64,000 nucleotides of DNA from Pseudomonadota bacterium. Lineage in GTDB: Bacteria; Bdellovibrionota_B; Oligoflexia; Oligoflexales; CAIYRB01. Under the pieces are notes generated by a model. That model worked only from the letters and a program-made list of their open reading frames with translations, searched no databases and was not told the origin of the DNA. Position numbers and translations under genes: made by a program. Within the stretch, counting starts at the first letter, position 1. Each line of letters opens with the position of its first letter. The DNA is taken from assembly GCA_031416315.1 (NCBI GenBank), contig JANOTL010000031.1, forward strand, positions 12,816 through 76,815, written 5' to 3'. Positions 17,679 to 27,650 of the stretch are shown here, piece after piece.

Positions 17679-19178
17679 TTACTCGAGGCCGTTCCAGTTC
17701 ATCTCGTCCGGGCCGATGCCTTCGACCTCGTCGAGCTCTTCATTGGCTTCCTGCGTCCACGCTTTCATCATCTTCTCTTCGTCCTTGGCGCGGACGCGGG
17801 CTTGTTTGTTGCGGGCGGCGCGGTCTTTGGCTTCTGCTTTCTCGGCAATCTTGTCGGCCTTGCGCTTCGCGGCGCGGACGTCGGCGAGCTCTTTCTCGAT
17901 CTTCGCGTCTTCGGACTCGACCTTGGCGTTCTTCGCGTTCTCTTGCATCTGCTGGTCGACGTCGGCAAAGTCGCCGCTCTTGTCGTCTTTCAGCGCTTCG
18001 AGCGGGTCGATCTCGGCGCCGATCATCTCGGGATACTCTTCGTAGGTGCTCTTCTCTTTCGCTTGCGCGGTGTGGTCGAGCTTGGCTTTGCCACCGGCTT
18101 CGCCTTCTTCGATCTCCTTGGCGATCGAGTGGCGGCCGCGGGCGGCGCGGACGTCGCCGAGCTCCATAGCGAACGAGAGGCCGAAGGCGCGGGCGCCGTA
18201 GCCGAAGCCCGTCGCGTCTTTCAGGCGCGCGCCGTAGAAAGCGGTGAGCTCGGCGTCGCCGAGCCTGGCACGGAAGCCGAACTTGCCTTCGGCCGCTTCC
18301 TGCGAGCGGTAGACGGGCTTGCCGGTCGCCGAGTCGAGCTCGCCGGCTTGCGCGAGGTTCAGCTTGCGGCCTTCGCCGCCGATGAACAGGGCGAACTCGC
18401 GGGACAGCTCGGCTTCGACCAGAGCTTTGTAGAAGAGCTCGTTGCGGAGCATGACGCTGCCGACTTGCTCGGGATCGCGGTAGCGGTAGCCAGCGTTGAG
18501 GTCGACGCGGCCGACGCCGATGGCGCCGTAGCTCATGAGTGCGGCGAAGCCGGCTTTCGGGCCGACCGAGCGGGTCAAGGCGTAGCTGGCGCGCTCGCCG
18601 GCGCCGGATTCGACGAAGGGGGCGAAGGCGAGTTGGAAGCCTTGAGCGTCGAGGAGGCGGAGTTTCGCCATCAGGGAGGCGCCGGCAAAGGCCGACTGGC
18701 GGGGCCCGATGTCCGACTTCGAGCCGCCTTCGGCGATTCTCGCTTCTTCGGCCGCGAGCTCAGGGCTGATCGCGTGACGGTCGCCTTCGGCGACGTTCTC
18801 GTAGGTGCCGTGCAAGCCGAGCGAGAGCTCGACCCAACGCGTCGGCGAGGCGCCGAGAAAGAGCGAGGCGCGATGCGCGTCGCGCAGCAAGCCTTGATCT
18901 TGCGCCTTGGCGCTTTTGCCGGCGCCGAGAGCTTCTTGATTGTCGATGACGGCTTCCGCACCGCTCAGGCCGAGCGACAGGCGCAGGGCGCCCGGATCGG
19001 CGGTGCGTGCGGCGGAGACGCCGGCCGTGGCCCGTGCGTCGAGCGCGCCGAGCGTCGTAGCATCGCCGGCGATCGCGACATCGCCGATGGCGAAGACGAT
19101 CGCGGCAGCGACGAGTCCGAGTTGGAAGTGTTGGCGACGCGACATGGACGAGAGGATGGCAAGGACGGAGGGCAACAT
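17679..19178 (-). CDS. Putative outer-membrane beta-barrel protein with charged coiled-coil C-tail
   Basis: Signal-like N terminus; beta-strand pattern (LNAGYRYR, LTAFYGAR, FGLSF); E/K/A-rich tail. Confidence 0.65.
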   Translation of the reverse strand: MLPSVLAILSSMSRRQHFQLGLVAAAIVFAIGDVAIAGDATTLGALDARATAGVSAARTADPGALRLSLGLSGAEAVIDNQEALGAGKSAKAQDQGLLRDAHRASLFLGASPTRWVELSLGLHGTYENVAEGDRHAISPELAAEEARIAEGGSKSDIGPRQSAFAGASLMAKLRLLDAQGFQLAFAPFVESGAGERASYALTRSVGPKAGFAALMSYGAIGVGRVDLNAGYRYRDPEQVGSVMLRNELFYKALVEAELSREFALFIGGEGRKLNLAQAGELDSATGKPVYRSQEAAEGKFGFRARLGDAELTAFYGARLKDATGFGYGARAFGLSFAMELGDVRAARGRHSIAKEIEEGEAGGKAKLDHTAQAKEKSTYEEYPEMIGAEIDPLEALKDDKSGDFADVDQQMQENAKNAKVESEDAKIEKELADVRAAKRKADKIAEKAEAKDRAARNKQARVRAKDEEKMMKAWTQEANEELDEVEGIGPDEMNWNGLE

Positions 19179-19403
19179 GGAGGATCCTTTCCCGCAAGCA
19201 GCATGGGAGCAGCAGCAGCAGCGACAGGGGCAGTGGCGGCGGGCAATGCGCTCGACGTCCGGGCGGCCCTGTGCAATCCGTGAGCCACGCCGGGTGTCGG
19301 AAAACTTAGGCTTCCATTTCGCGAACTTCCGCCCGCGACGGCCACGGGGCGACTGTCCAAAACTTGGACGGTCGCCCCGAAAAGCTCGTGCCGAAGCCGG
19401 AGT

Positions 19404-21050
19404 TCAGCCGTCTTTGTAGGTCTCGAGGAAGCGCGCGAGCGCCTGCACGCACTGGCCGTTGCCGCCCGGCTCGCCTAAGCCGCCGATGCCGGGACCCTCG
19501 GCCCAGCCGTACATGTCGATGTGCACCCAAGGAACTTGGCCGACGAATCGGGCCAGGAAGAGCGCCGCAGTGATGGCGCCGCCGAAACGGCCAGGGCCGG
19601 AGTTGGCCACGTCGGCGACGACCGACTTCAGGCCGACGGCGTAATCGGTCCAAAGGGGCATGCGCCACATCGGATCGCCACGGAGCTGGCCGGCACGCAG
19701 AAGCGCGTCGGCGAGCTTGTCGTCGGTGGCGAACATGCCCGCAAGGCGCGTCCCGAGCCCGACGCGCATCGCGCCAGTGAGAGTCGCGAGGTCAAAGAGC
19801 ACCGCCGGCGCGTCTTTACCCTTTTGCGAGATCGCGACGTCGAACGCATCGGCAAGGACGAGGCGGCCTTCCGCGTCGGTGTTGTCGATCTCGACGGTCT
19901 GGCCATTGCGCGCGCGGAGGATGTCCCCGGGGTGGAAGGCGTGCCGGTCGACGGCATTTTCGGCGAGCGCGAGATAGAAGTCGCAGTCGACGTCCAGCTC
20001 GCTCTGCTCGGCCCAATAGGCCAAGCCGAGGACGGACGCCGAGCCGCCCATGTCTTTTTTCATCAGGCGCATCGAGCCCGCGTCCTTGATGTCCAGGCCG
20101 CCGGTGTCGAAGGTGATGCCCTTGCCGACGAAGGCGAGCGGCTGCTTCGAGCGCGTCTTGCCCTTCGGACGATAGCGCATGTGCACGAGGCGAGGGCCTT
20201 CGGCCGCGCCTTTGCCGACGCCGTGCAGGAGGCCCATGCCTTCCTTCTCGACCCGCTTCGGATCCCAGATCTCGACCGTCATCGTGGTCGAGCCGGCGAA
20301 GAGGTCTTTCGCGGCGGCAGCATATCGCGCCGGATCGAGATCGGCGGGCGGCAGATTGACCAGGTGGCGCGCGAGGTTGGTCGCGGACGCGAGGTGCTGC
20401 GCCGCGGCGAGCTGCGGCATCGAGGCGCCGTCGAGGACAAGGGAGGGGCGCGCTTGGCCAGCAACGATGCCGGGACGCAGAGTGCGGAAGCGGTAAAATC
20501 CAAGCTCGAGGCCCACTAGGGTGCCGAGGATTTCGTCGTCGGAGGCACGTAGGAAGCTCACAGAGAGCTCCGAGACGGCGTTCTCGAGCGCGGGGCCGGC
20601 GACGGCCCCTGCGAGGTCGCGAAGGAGCGTGTACGGGCTGAGCTCCAAGAGACCGTGGTGGCCGCCGTTCGGCCGCGCGACCGGAGCCAAGACCCAAACC
20701 GGACCCTCGCGACCGAGCAAGCTGAAGACCTCGCCGCGCTTCTTCAGGAAGCGCTCGCGCTGCCAGCCGTCGAGGTCGACGCCGGCCTTCGTGAGAAGGC
20801 TTAAGGTCTCGACGCTCCTTTCGCCGTCGGTCAGGCCGACGCCGACGACCACGAGGCGCGCACGAGGCCCGGAGGCGCCGCTCTTCTTTCCTTTCGCGCC
20901 GGCGCCCGCGCTGCCGAGGACGAGCCCACCCAGGGGCAACCCGAAGATGCTCGTCGCCTCCGAAGGCTTGCCGGCCGGCGTTTTCGGCCCGGCCTTCCCT
21001 TGCTCCGCTCCACGTCCGCGCTTATCCGCCATCTCTCGCTGGCCTCCCAA
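19404..21050 (-). CDS. pepA: Leucyl aminopeptidase (M17)
   Basis: VGKGITFDTGG, MKKDMGG, NTDAEGRLVLAD, ATLTGA, HID. Confidence 0.93.
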   Translation of the reverse strand: MGGQREMADKRGRGAEQGKAGPKTPAGKPSEATSIFGLPLGGLVLGSAGAGAKGKKSGASGPRARLVVVGVGLTDGERSVETLSLLTKAGVDLDGWQRERFLKKRGEVFSLLGREGPVWVLAPVARPNGGHHGLLELSPYTLLRDLAGAVAGPALENAVSELSVSFLRASDDEILGTLVGLELGFYRFRTLRPGIVAGQARPSLVLDGASMPQLAAAQHLASATNLARHLVNLPPADLDPARYAAAAKDLFAGSTTMTVEIWDPKRVEKEGMGLLHGVGKGAAEGPRLVHMRYRPKGKTRSKQPLAFVGKGITFDTGGLDIKDAGSMRLMKKDMGGSASVLGLAYWAEQSELDVDCDFYLALAENAVDRHAFHPGDILRARNGQTVEIDNTDAEGRLVLADAFDVAISQKGKDAPAVLFDLATLTGAMRVGLGTRLAGMFATDDKLADALLRAGQLRGDPMWRMPLWTDYAVGLKSVVADVANSGPGRFGGAITAALFLARFVGQVPWVHIDMYGWAEGPGIGGLGEPGGNGQCVQALARFLETYKDG

Positions 21051-21166
21051 AGTCCCCTCACCATAGCGGACGGACGCTGGAAAAACAGCTTCACTTTCGG
21101 AAGCTTGACAGCCAATCTAGGCTATGCGAAGAGTTTCTGCCCGCGTCCGGAGGCCAAAGCTACAGT

Positions 21167-21448
21167 ATGCCCAAGGTCCATATCGTCACCGACAACAAGA
21201 CCATCGACGTGCCCGACGGCTACGCCATGATCGATATGTGCGAGCAATACGACACTTCGATCCTATTCGGCTGTCGTGATGGCGCCTGCGGCGCATGCAT
21301 GATCCGCGTTCTCGAAGGCGCAGACCACTTCAGCGCCATGCAGGACGACGAGCGGGACTTCCTCGAGACGATGGCGGCGGAGCCGAACGAGCGCCTCGCC
21401 TGTCAGTGCAAGGTGAAGGGCGATGTCAAAATCGAGGTCTCGGACTAA
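21167..21448 (+). CDS. 2Fe-2S ferredoxin
   Basis: GCRDGACGAC...RLACQC. Confidence 0.92.
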   Translation: MPKVHIVTDNKTIDVPDGYAMIDMCEQYDTSILFGCRDGACGACMIRVLEGADHFSAMQDDERDFLETMAAEPNERLACQCKVKGDVKIEVSD

Positions 21449-22139
21449 GGCGAGCGCGCCTTCGGTCTCGACCCTGATGCAGCGTTTCGCGGCGGACAAT
21501 CCGGACCCGCGTTGCGAACTCTACTATGCGACGCCGTACCAGCTCCTCGTCTCCGTCGTGCTGTCCGCACAGGCAACCGACAAGAGCGTGAACAAGGCGA
21601 TGCAGCCCGTCTATGACGAAGGCTTTACGCCGGAGGTGGCGATCTCCTGGGGCGAAGCCGGGATTTTGCGACGCATCCGCTCGATCGGGCTGGCTCCGAC
21701 GAAGGCTAAGAACGTCGCCAAGCTCTCCCGCATTCTCCTCGACGACTTCGCGGGCGAGGTGCCCCACGACCGCACGGCGCTCGAGTCTCTGCCCGGTGTT
21801 GGCCGCAAGACGGCGAACGTGATCCTCGCCGAGATCTGGCGCGAGCCGACGCTGGCGGTCGACACTCACGTCTTCCGCGTCGGCGCGCGCCTCGGCCTTC
21901 ATGCTGAGAAGACGGCCGAGAAAGCCGAAACGGCCTTGCTGAAGAAGATCGACACCCGCTATCTGCCGCAGGCGCACCACTGGCTGATCCTACACGGGCG
22001 CTACGTCTGCAAGGCGCAGAGCCCAGCCTGCGGCGCGTGCATCGTCTCCGACCTCTGCCCGAAGGTCGGCGTCAGCGCACATGCCACGGCGGCTCCGGCG
22101 CCGCGAGCCCCTCGACTCCGAGCGCGCGCAAAGCCTTGA
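21423..22139 (+). CDS. nth: Endonuclease III
   Basis: LSAQATD, HhH LPGVGRKTANV, VDTHV, C-x6-C-x2-C-x5-C; start uncertain. Confidence 0.95.
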   Translation: MSKSRSRTKASAPSVSTLMQRFAADNPDPRCELYYATPYQLLVSVVLSAQATDKSVNKAMQPVYDEGFTPEVAISWGEAGILRRIRSIGLAPTKAKNVAKLSRILLDDFAGEVPHDRTALESLPGVGRKTANVILAEIWREPTLAVDTHVFRVGARLGLHAEKTAEKAETALLKKIDTRYLPQAHHWLILHGRYVCKAQSPACGACIVSDLCPKVGVSAHATAAPAPRAPRLRARAKP

Positions 22140-22710
22140 GCAAAGGCTGCAGCGGCAAGCCGACAATCGAGGACCAGTCGCTGTCGACGCCGTCGAAAAG
22201 TTGGATGCCGCGGTTCTCGAACTGGTAGCAACCGACGGCGCCGCGCCATTCACCGAACCGCACATAAGCGGCGATCTCGGCGTCCGATAAAGCGCGCATC
22301 GTCATCGGAACGTCGACGACGAAAGCGGCCCGTTCAAGGACGGCGGCTTCGGCCGCCAGGCTCAAAGTCACGGCCGAATGCAGGTAGTGGGTCTTGCCGG
22401 CCAGCTGACGGAGGCGGGCCGTGGCCTCAGCCTCGGTTTTCGCCTTATCGAAGGTCCCGCCCTCGAAGCTGAGGACCTGGTCGGCGCCGATGACGAGGGC
22501 GCCACCGCCCCCTTGCCGCAGGCGCTGGCGGGCGACCGCAGCGCCTTTGAGGCGGGCTCGGCCGAGAGCTAAGGCCCGTGGATCCGCGTTCTGGACCGTG
22601 GCCTCGTCGACCGGCGCTACCTCGACGGCGAAGGCCAGACCCGTCGAGGCCAGCAAAGCCTTGCGAAACGGCGACTGGGAGGCGAGCACGAGTTGCGCGA
22701 CGGTGGGCAC
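22072..22710 (-). CDS. maf: Maf family nucleotide pyrophosphatase
   Basis: LASQSPFRKALL, GADQV, GCYQFE, IVGLPL. Confidence 0.9.
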   Translation of the reverse strand: MPTVAQLVLASQSPFRKALLASTGLAFAVEVAPVDEATVQNADPRALALGRARLKGAAVARQRLRQGGGGALVIGADQVLSFEGGTFDKAKTEAEATARLRQLAGKTHYLHSAVTLSLAAEAAVLERAAFVVDVPMTMRALSDAEIAAYVRFGEWRGAVGCYQFENRGIQLFDGVDSDWSSIVGLPLQPLLKALRALGVEGLAAPEPPWHVR

Positions 22711-22751
22711 GAGGCTATGTCTCTTGCAGTATCAGGACTGGAGTGGACGGC

Positions 22752-23960
22752 GTGGACTTTCCGACGAATGAGGCCCAGGCGCAAGGCGAGATCGCGGCGG
22801 CGCCGGAGTTTCGACGCTTCATCACGGACCCCGACTCCCTGACGGCGCGCACCGCCCGCAAGATCGGCGTCGAGCCGGAGCTTTTTGCCAATTGGCGCTG
22901 GCAGATGCGCCATCAAGTGGCGACCGCCGCCGAGGCGGCGCGCTACGTCGTGCCGGCGAAGACCGAGGTCGAGGGCTTCGCCGAGCTGAACGAGCTCTTC
23001 GTCGCCGGCGTGACCCCGTATTACATGGCGCTCATGAATCCCGATCCGAGCGTGAGCTGCCCAGTGCGCCTGCAGGCCCTCCCGCGGCGCGAAGAGCTCG
23101 AGGATGCGCGCGGGGTCAAGGATCCGCTCGACGAAGTGTCGCACTCCCCCGTCCGCGAGGTCGTGCAGGTCTATCCGGACCGGGTGGCATTCTGCGTCGC
23201 GCAGCTTTGCCCGGTCTACTGTCGCTACTGCTTCCGCAAGCGCCGCGACGACGAGCAGGGCCTCCATTTCAATCGGAAGATCGTCGACCGCGGCGTCGAG
23301 TACATCGCGTCGAACCCGGCGATCCGCGACGTGCTCATCACCGGCGGCGACCCGTTCGTGGCCTCCGATGCCGCAATCGAAGGCCTTTTGGAGAGGCTCA
23401 GCGCCATCCCGCACGTCGAGATCGTCCGCTTCGGCACGCGCACGCCGGTCACCCTGCCGTACCGCGTGACGAAGAAGCTCGCCGCCATCCTCGCGCGCTT
23501 TCACCCGATTTGGGTGAACACGCATTTCAATTGCCTCGAGGAGGTCACGCCGGAGGCCGCGCAGGCGGTCGCCAACCTCGTCGACGCCGGGATTCCGGTC
23601 GGCAATCAGTCGGTGCTCTTGAAGGGCGTCAACGACACGCCCGAGCGGATGCTGCCTTTTTTGCGAGCGTTGCTGCGCATCCGTGTTCGACCTTACTACC
23701 TCTTCCATCCCCATCGGATCGAGGGAACCGACCATCTGCGCGTCCCGGTCGATCAGGGCTTGAAGCTCATGCGTGCCCTTCGGGGCAACATCACCGGCAT
23801 GGGCATTCCCACCTACATTGTCGACACGCCGTCCGGCAAGGTGCCGTTGATGCCCAATCATGTGTTGGGTACGGACGGTGAGGATCTGTTGCTCGAGGAC
23901 GTCCGCGGAGGAATCTTCCGCGAGAAAGCGGCGTTGCAAAGGAGCACCGTCCTAACGTAA
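22752..23960 (+). CDS. KamA family radical SAM protein (lysine 2,3-aminomutase-like)
   Basis: WRWQ, CPVYCRYCFRK, TGGDP, GTRTPV, NQSVLLKGVND, RPYYLF. Confidence 0.88.
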   Translation: MDFPTNEAQAQGEIAAAPEFRRFITDPDSLTARTARKIGVEPELFANWRWQMRHQVATAAEAARYVVPAKTEVEGFAELNELFVAGVTPYYMALMNPDPSVSCPVRLQALPRREELEDARGVKDPLDEVSHSPVREVVQVYPDRVAFCVAQLCPVYCRYCFRKRRDDEQGLHFNRKIVDRGVEYIASNPAIRDVLITGGDPFVASDAAIEGLLERLSAIPHVEIVRFGTRTPVTLPYRVTKKLAAILARFHPIWVNTHFNCLEEVTPEAAQAVANLVDAGIPVGNQSVLLKGVNDTPERMLPFLRALLRIRVRPYYLFHPHRIEGTDHLRVPVDQGLKLMRALRGNITGMGIPTYIVDTPSGKVPLMPNHVLGTDGEDLLLEDVRGGIFREKAALQRSTVLT

Positions 23961-24008
23961 CGTCGCCTCCGTAAAACGTGTTTAGTCGTCAGCGAGGCCG
24001 ATAGCGCC

Positions 24009-24845
24009 GTGGAATTTCGAGACGTCCCGCGATTCATGAACGCTCTGATCGCCGATCTGCAGTCGGCGGCCTGGGATCGTGACGTCAAATTGGTGCTCGA
24101 CGCCAGCACTGAGCTCGTTGCCCGCTTCGACGCGAACCTCTTGCAGCGGGGCATGAGCTCTCTGCTCGCCGAGCTCATTCGCACGGCGCCGCGCGACGGC
24201 ACGATCACGGTCGTGACGGCGTTCGAAGCGCGTGCCGCGTCGGACGACGGCCCGTCCGAAGACGACGCGCTGGACCAGGTGACGATCGAGATCATCGGCG
24301 CCTCGCCGCTCGGCGCGGAAAACCCGGCGGTCCAGCAGTTCCTGAACGCTGTCTCGTGCTGCCTCGGCACCGCGAGCCTGGAGTCCGCGGCCGATTCCCA
24401 AGGCGCGGGCACGTTCACGGCGCGTCTCGTCGGCAGGCGCGCGACGGCACCGGGCATCGCGCAACGCACGGCAGTCGTGGTCGACGACGACGTCGACATG
24501 CAGGATTTCCTCGGCGCTGTGCTGCGGCGTCTGGGTTTCACCGTCGTCGCGGTGAACGACGGCTTCGATGCCTTGATCGTGCTCGAGCGGGTCAGCCCGG
24601 CGGTGATCCTCACCGACGTGATGATGCCGAACATGAACGGCATCGACCTGGTGAATCGCATCAAACAGGTGCGCGCCGACCTCCCGATCATCGTCTTCAG
24701 CGGCTATCACGAGACCTTGGGCCAAAAGGTGAAGGATCGTGCGCTCTGCGCCGATTACATCCTGCCAAAGCCAATGTCTTCGAAAGAGGTCGCCACCGCG
24801 CTCGCGACGGTCTTAAAGGATCCGACGATCGGCCAAGGCAACTAG
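24009..24845 (+). CDS. Response regulator with degenerate HATPase-like N-domain + REC
   Basis: VVDDD, TDVMMPNMNG, FSG, PKP; N-terminal FDANLLQRGMSSLLAELIRTAPRDGTITV. Confidence 0.8.
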   Translation: MEFRDVPRFMNALIADLQSAAWDRDVKLVLDASTELVARFDANLLQRGMSSLLAELIRTAPRDGTITVVTAFEARAASDDGPSEDDALDQVTIEIIGASPLGAENPAVQQFLNAVSCCLGTASLESAADSQGAGTFTARLVGRRATAPGIAQRTAVVVDDDVDMQDFLGAVLRRLGFTVVAVNDGFDALIVLERVSPAVILTDVMMPNMNGIDLVNRIKQVRADLPIIVFSGYHETLGQKVKDRALCADYILPKPMSSKEVATALATVLKDPTIGQGN

Positions 24846-25008
24846 GCCGGGCGTCTACGGATTCGACAGCGCGGGGCTTCGAGCGTCCAAGCTTTCGTCG
24901 GCGCCCCCGTCGCGACTGGCGTTTCCGACCGATTCTTCGGCGGAGCGATCTTTGCAGCGGGAGAGTCACACGAACGAGTCCGCGCACCCTTCACCTAGAG
25001 AACACCGC

Positions 25009-25659
25009 ATGCGTCACGTCGCCCTCGCCCTCGGCCTCGCCCTCTGCGCGCAAGGCTGCTCCGACAACGACTTCGCCTCGGATGGCCAAAAGCGCGCGGC
25101 CGATGCCGTGCGGGCAGACGGTCGCGGCGGCAAGGGCGACTCGGTGCCCGCTCTCGGCAACGGCAAAGACCTCTCCAAGCCGCAGTCGAGCGAGGGCCCG
25201 TCAAAGCCCGGTCGCGACGACGAGGGTCTCCAAGGCCCGAGCCCCGACGACGTCGCCATCGGCAAGTGCCTGGAAAAGTGGGGCGCGGCGAGCCCCTTCG
25301 CCGCGGACGCGGGCTATCGGAAGATCCACGCCTCGGTTCAGGTCTTGGGCAAAGGCAAGGGCATCGTCGACGACGTCAGGACCGAGAAGCCCGAGCTGGT
25401 GCTGATCACCGCGGCCGTCTCGGTCCTCGGCAAGACCTCGTACGAGCTCCTCAATCCGAACGGCTGGTACTGCATGAAGGTCGACGTCAACGTCCTGACC
25501 GACGTCACGGTGAAGCTCGAGTGCGGCGCGCGTATGGCCGACAACCAGATCGACGTCGGCGTCCTCTCCAACTCGCAGCCGGTCGGCGGCGTCGGCGTGC
25601 ACGTCCTCTCCGACGTGAAGATCGAGCGCCAAAAGCCGAGCGGCGCGGCCTGCGAATGA
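25009..25659 (+). CDS. Hypothetical lipoprotein
   Basis: MRHVALALGLALCAQG-C; repeated (S/D)V-x-VL beta motifs; 4 further Cys. Confidence 0.75.
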   Translation: MRHVALALGLALCAQGCSDNDFASDGQKRAADAVRADGRGGKGDSVPALGNGKDLSKPQSSEGPSKPGRDDEGLQGPSPDDVAIGKCLEKWGAASPFAADAGYRKIHASVQVLGKGKGIVDDVRTEKPELVLITAAVSVLGKTSYELLNPNGWYCMKVDVNVLTDVTVKLECGARMADNQIDVGVLSNSQPVGGVGVHVLSDVKIERQKPSGAACE

Positions 25660-25781
25660 AGGCCGTGATCGTCCCCCAGCTTCTCGTCTTGGCGCTTTGC
25701 GCCTTAGCTCTGGCGCGCTGCGGCGCGCCGGAGACGCAGCTCCGTGACCGGGCCCTTGTGCCGGCGCGCCTGGCCAAATAA
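25656..25781 (+). CDS. Possible 41-aa secreted or lipidated microprotein
   Basis: ATGA overlap with upstream stop; MKAVIVPQLLVLALCALALARCGAPE... Confidence 0.4.
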   Translation: MKAVIVPQLLVLALCALALARCGAPETQLRDRALVPARLAK

Positions 25782-25806
25782 GCTTGAGCCCTCTGGAGGG
25801 CTCAAT

Positions 25807-26928
25807 GTGGCTGGAGAGCGCCCACTCGACTCGATCCGCGCCGACATCCGTCAACTGGATGACGAGATCCTGCGGCTCGTCGGCAAGCGGTTGGAGCTGG
25901 CGCGCGAGGTGGGCGCGGTCAAGCGCGCCAAGTCCCTGCCGATCAAAGACTACCGGGTCGAGAAGGACGTCATCGACCGGGCGCGGATCCGCGGTGCCGA
26001 GCTCGGCGTCTACCCCGAGACGGCCGAGAGCGTCGCGCGCCTCTTGATCGAGCATGCCGTCCGAGCGCAGGACGAGCTGCATCGCGAAGCGAGCCGCCGC
26101 GAGCGCAAGTCCGAGCAGAAGCGGGTCGTCGTCGTCGGCGGGCGGGGCGGCATGGGGCGCTGGGTCACCGAGTTCTTCGAGTCCTTTGGGCACGAGGTCC
26201 AGCACTGCGACCGCAAGGAAGCGCCACCGGCACCCCAGACTTTGATCGAAAGCTTGGAGGATGCCGCAGCCAGTGCCGACATCATCGTCCTTTCGACCCC
26301 GATCAGCGTTACCCCTCCCCTTCTCGAGCGCCTCACCGCGATGCAGGCTCCGGGGCTCGTGTTCGACATCTGCTCGTTAAAGACCCCTTTGGTTCCTGCC
26401 CTTCAGGCTGCCGCCCGCGCCGGGCTCAGGGTCACGTCGGTGCATCCGATGTTCGGACCGAGCGCCCGTCTCCTCGCCGGGCGCAATATCATCGTGTGCG
26501 AGGTCAACGACTCGCCGGGCGCCAAGGCGGCCGCGAGCGCCGCGTCCGAGCTTTTCGCGGACACGACCGCACAGCTCGTGGAAATGCCGCTCGCGCGCCA
26601 CGACGAGCTCATGGGCATCGTGCTTGGCCTTTCGCACCTGTCGAGCCTGGTGTTCGCGGAGGCGCTGGCGCTTTCAGGGGTACCCCATGCCGAGCTCCAC
26701 CGCGTCGCCAGCACGACGTTCCAGGCTCAGCTGGGCGTCACGGTCCCGGTCACGTCCGAGAATCAGGACCTCTACTTCGAAATTCAGGATCAAAATCGTC
26801 ATACCCCCGAGACGATTGCGACTTTGCGCGCCGCCCTCACGTCTTATGCCGAGGCTCTCGGCAAACGCGACCGCGCAGGATTCAAACGTCTCATGCAGCG
26901 CGGAAAAAGCTATCTAGGACCCGGGTGA
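25807..26928 (+). CDS. tyrA: Chorismate mutase / prephenate dehydrogenase
   Basis: N-terminal CM (IRQLDDEILRLVGKR...E), GGRGGMG, DICSLK, HPMFGP, HDELM. Confidence 0.92.
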   Translation: MAGERPLDSIRADIRQLDDEILRLVGKRLELAREVGAVKRAKSLPIKDYRVEKDVIDRARIRGAELGVYPETAESVARLLIEHAVRAQDELHREASRRERKSEQKRVVVVGGRGGMGRWVTEFFESFGHEVQHCDRKEAPPAPQTLIESLEDAAASADIIVLSTPISVTPPLLERLTAMQAPGLVFDICSLKTPLVPALQAAARAGLRVTSVHPMFGPSARLLAGRNIIVCEVNDSPGAKAAASAASELFADTTAQLVEMPLARHDELMGIVLGLSHLSSLVFAEALALSGVPHAELHRVASTTFQAQLGVTVPVTSENQDLYFEIQDQNRHTPETIATLRAALTSYAEALGKRDRAGFKRLMQRGKSYLGPG

Positions 26929-26993
26929 TTTAGTAGATTTTAACTGAAGATCCTAGGATTCAACTAGAATTCGTAGAAGCACGAGGTGACCGG

Positions 26994-27650
26994 GTGACGG
27001 GTGCCCGCATCAGCCTTATGATCGTCGACGACCATCCCTTGGTCCGGGACAGCCTGAGCTATTTTTTAGGCGCTGAAGGCGGCTTCGACGTCCTCGGCAG
27101 CGTCGCGACTGCCGACGCATGCTACGAAGCGCTTTCCGAGGGAGTCGATCCCGACATCGTGCTGATGGACATCGAGATGCCCGGCAGCTCGGCGTTCCGC
27201 GTCGCCATGGACTTGAAGAAACAAGGCCATCGAGCGCGCTTCGTGTTCCTGACCGCTTACCTGACCGACGCCAACCTCGGGGAAGCCCTGCAGCTCGGCG
27301 TTTGCGGCTATCTGCTCAAGCAAGCCGACGTGAAGGATCTCGCGGACGCGATCCGGGAGGTCGCCGCCGGGCGCAGCGCCTTCGGCCCGGAGGTCCGTAA
27401 GCGCCTCGAGGGCACCGCCCGCCTCGTCTCGCGCGTATCCTTGATGACGGCTCGCGAAAAAGAGGTGCTGCGCTGCGTCGCGAGCGACCTCTCGGGAAAA
27501 GAGATCGCCGTGAAGCTCGGCTTGAGCGTTCGCACCGTCGATCGCCACAAAGCCAACATTATGGAGAAGCTCAAGATCCACAGCCAGGTCGGACTGACGC
27601 GGTTCGCCGTCGCCGAGGGGCTGTGCGATCCGCGCTTCTCCAACGTCTGA
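26994..27650 (+). CDS. NarL/LuxR-family response regulator
   Basis: DDHPLVR, DIEMP, TAREKEVL, LSVRTVDRHKANIMEKL. Confidence 0.93.
   Translation: MTGARISLMIVDDHPLVRDSLSYFLGAEGGFDVLGSVATADACYEALSEGVDPDIVLMDIEMPGSSAFRVAMDLKKQGHRARFVFLTAYLTDANLGEALQLGVCGYLLKQADVKDLADAIREVAAGRSAFGPEVRKRLEGTARLVSRVSLMTAREKEVLRCVASDLSGKEIAVKLGLSVRTVDRHKANIMEKLKIHSQVGLTRFAVAEGLCDPRFSNV

Noticed and set aside
19294..19320. Eighth sigma28 promoter (GAAA-N15-TCCGACAC, minus strand)
   Set aside because: Too degenerate and about 115 nt from the start; left uncounted
19351..19373. Near-palindrome GACTGTCCAA-AAC-TTGGACGGTC
   Set aside because: Single instance with no U-tract; cannot distinguish operator, terminator or chance
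21105..21130. TTGACA upstream of ferredoxin
   Set aside because: No -10 element at 16-18 bp spacing
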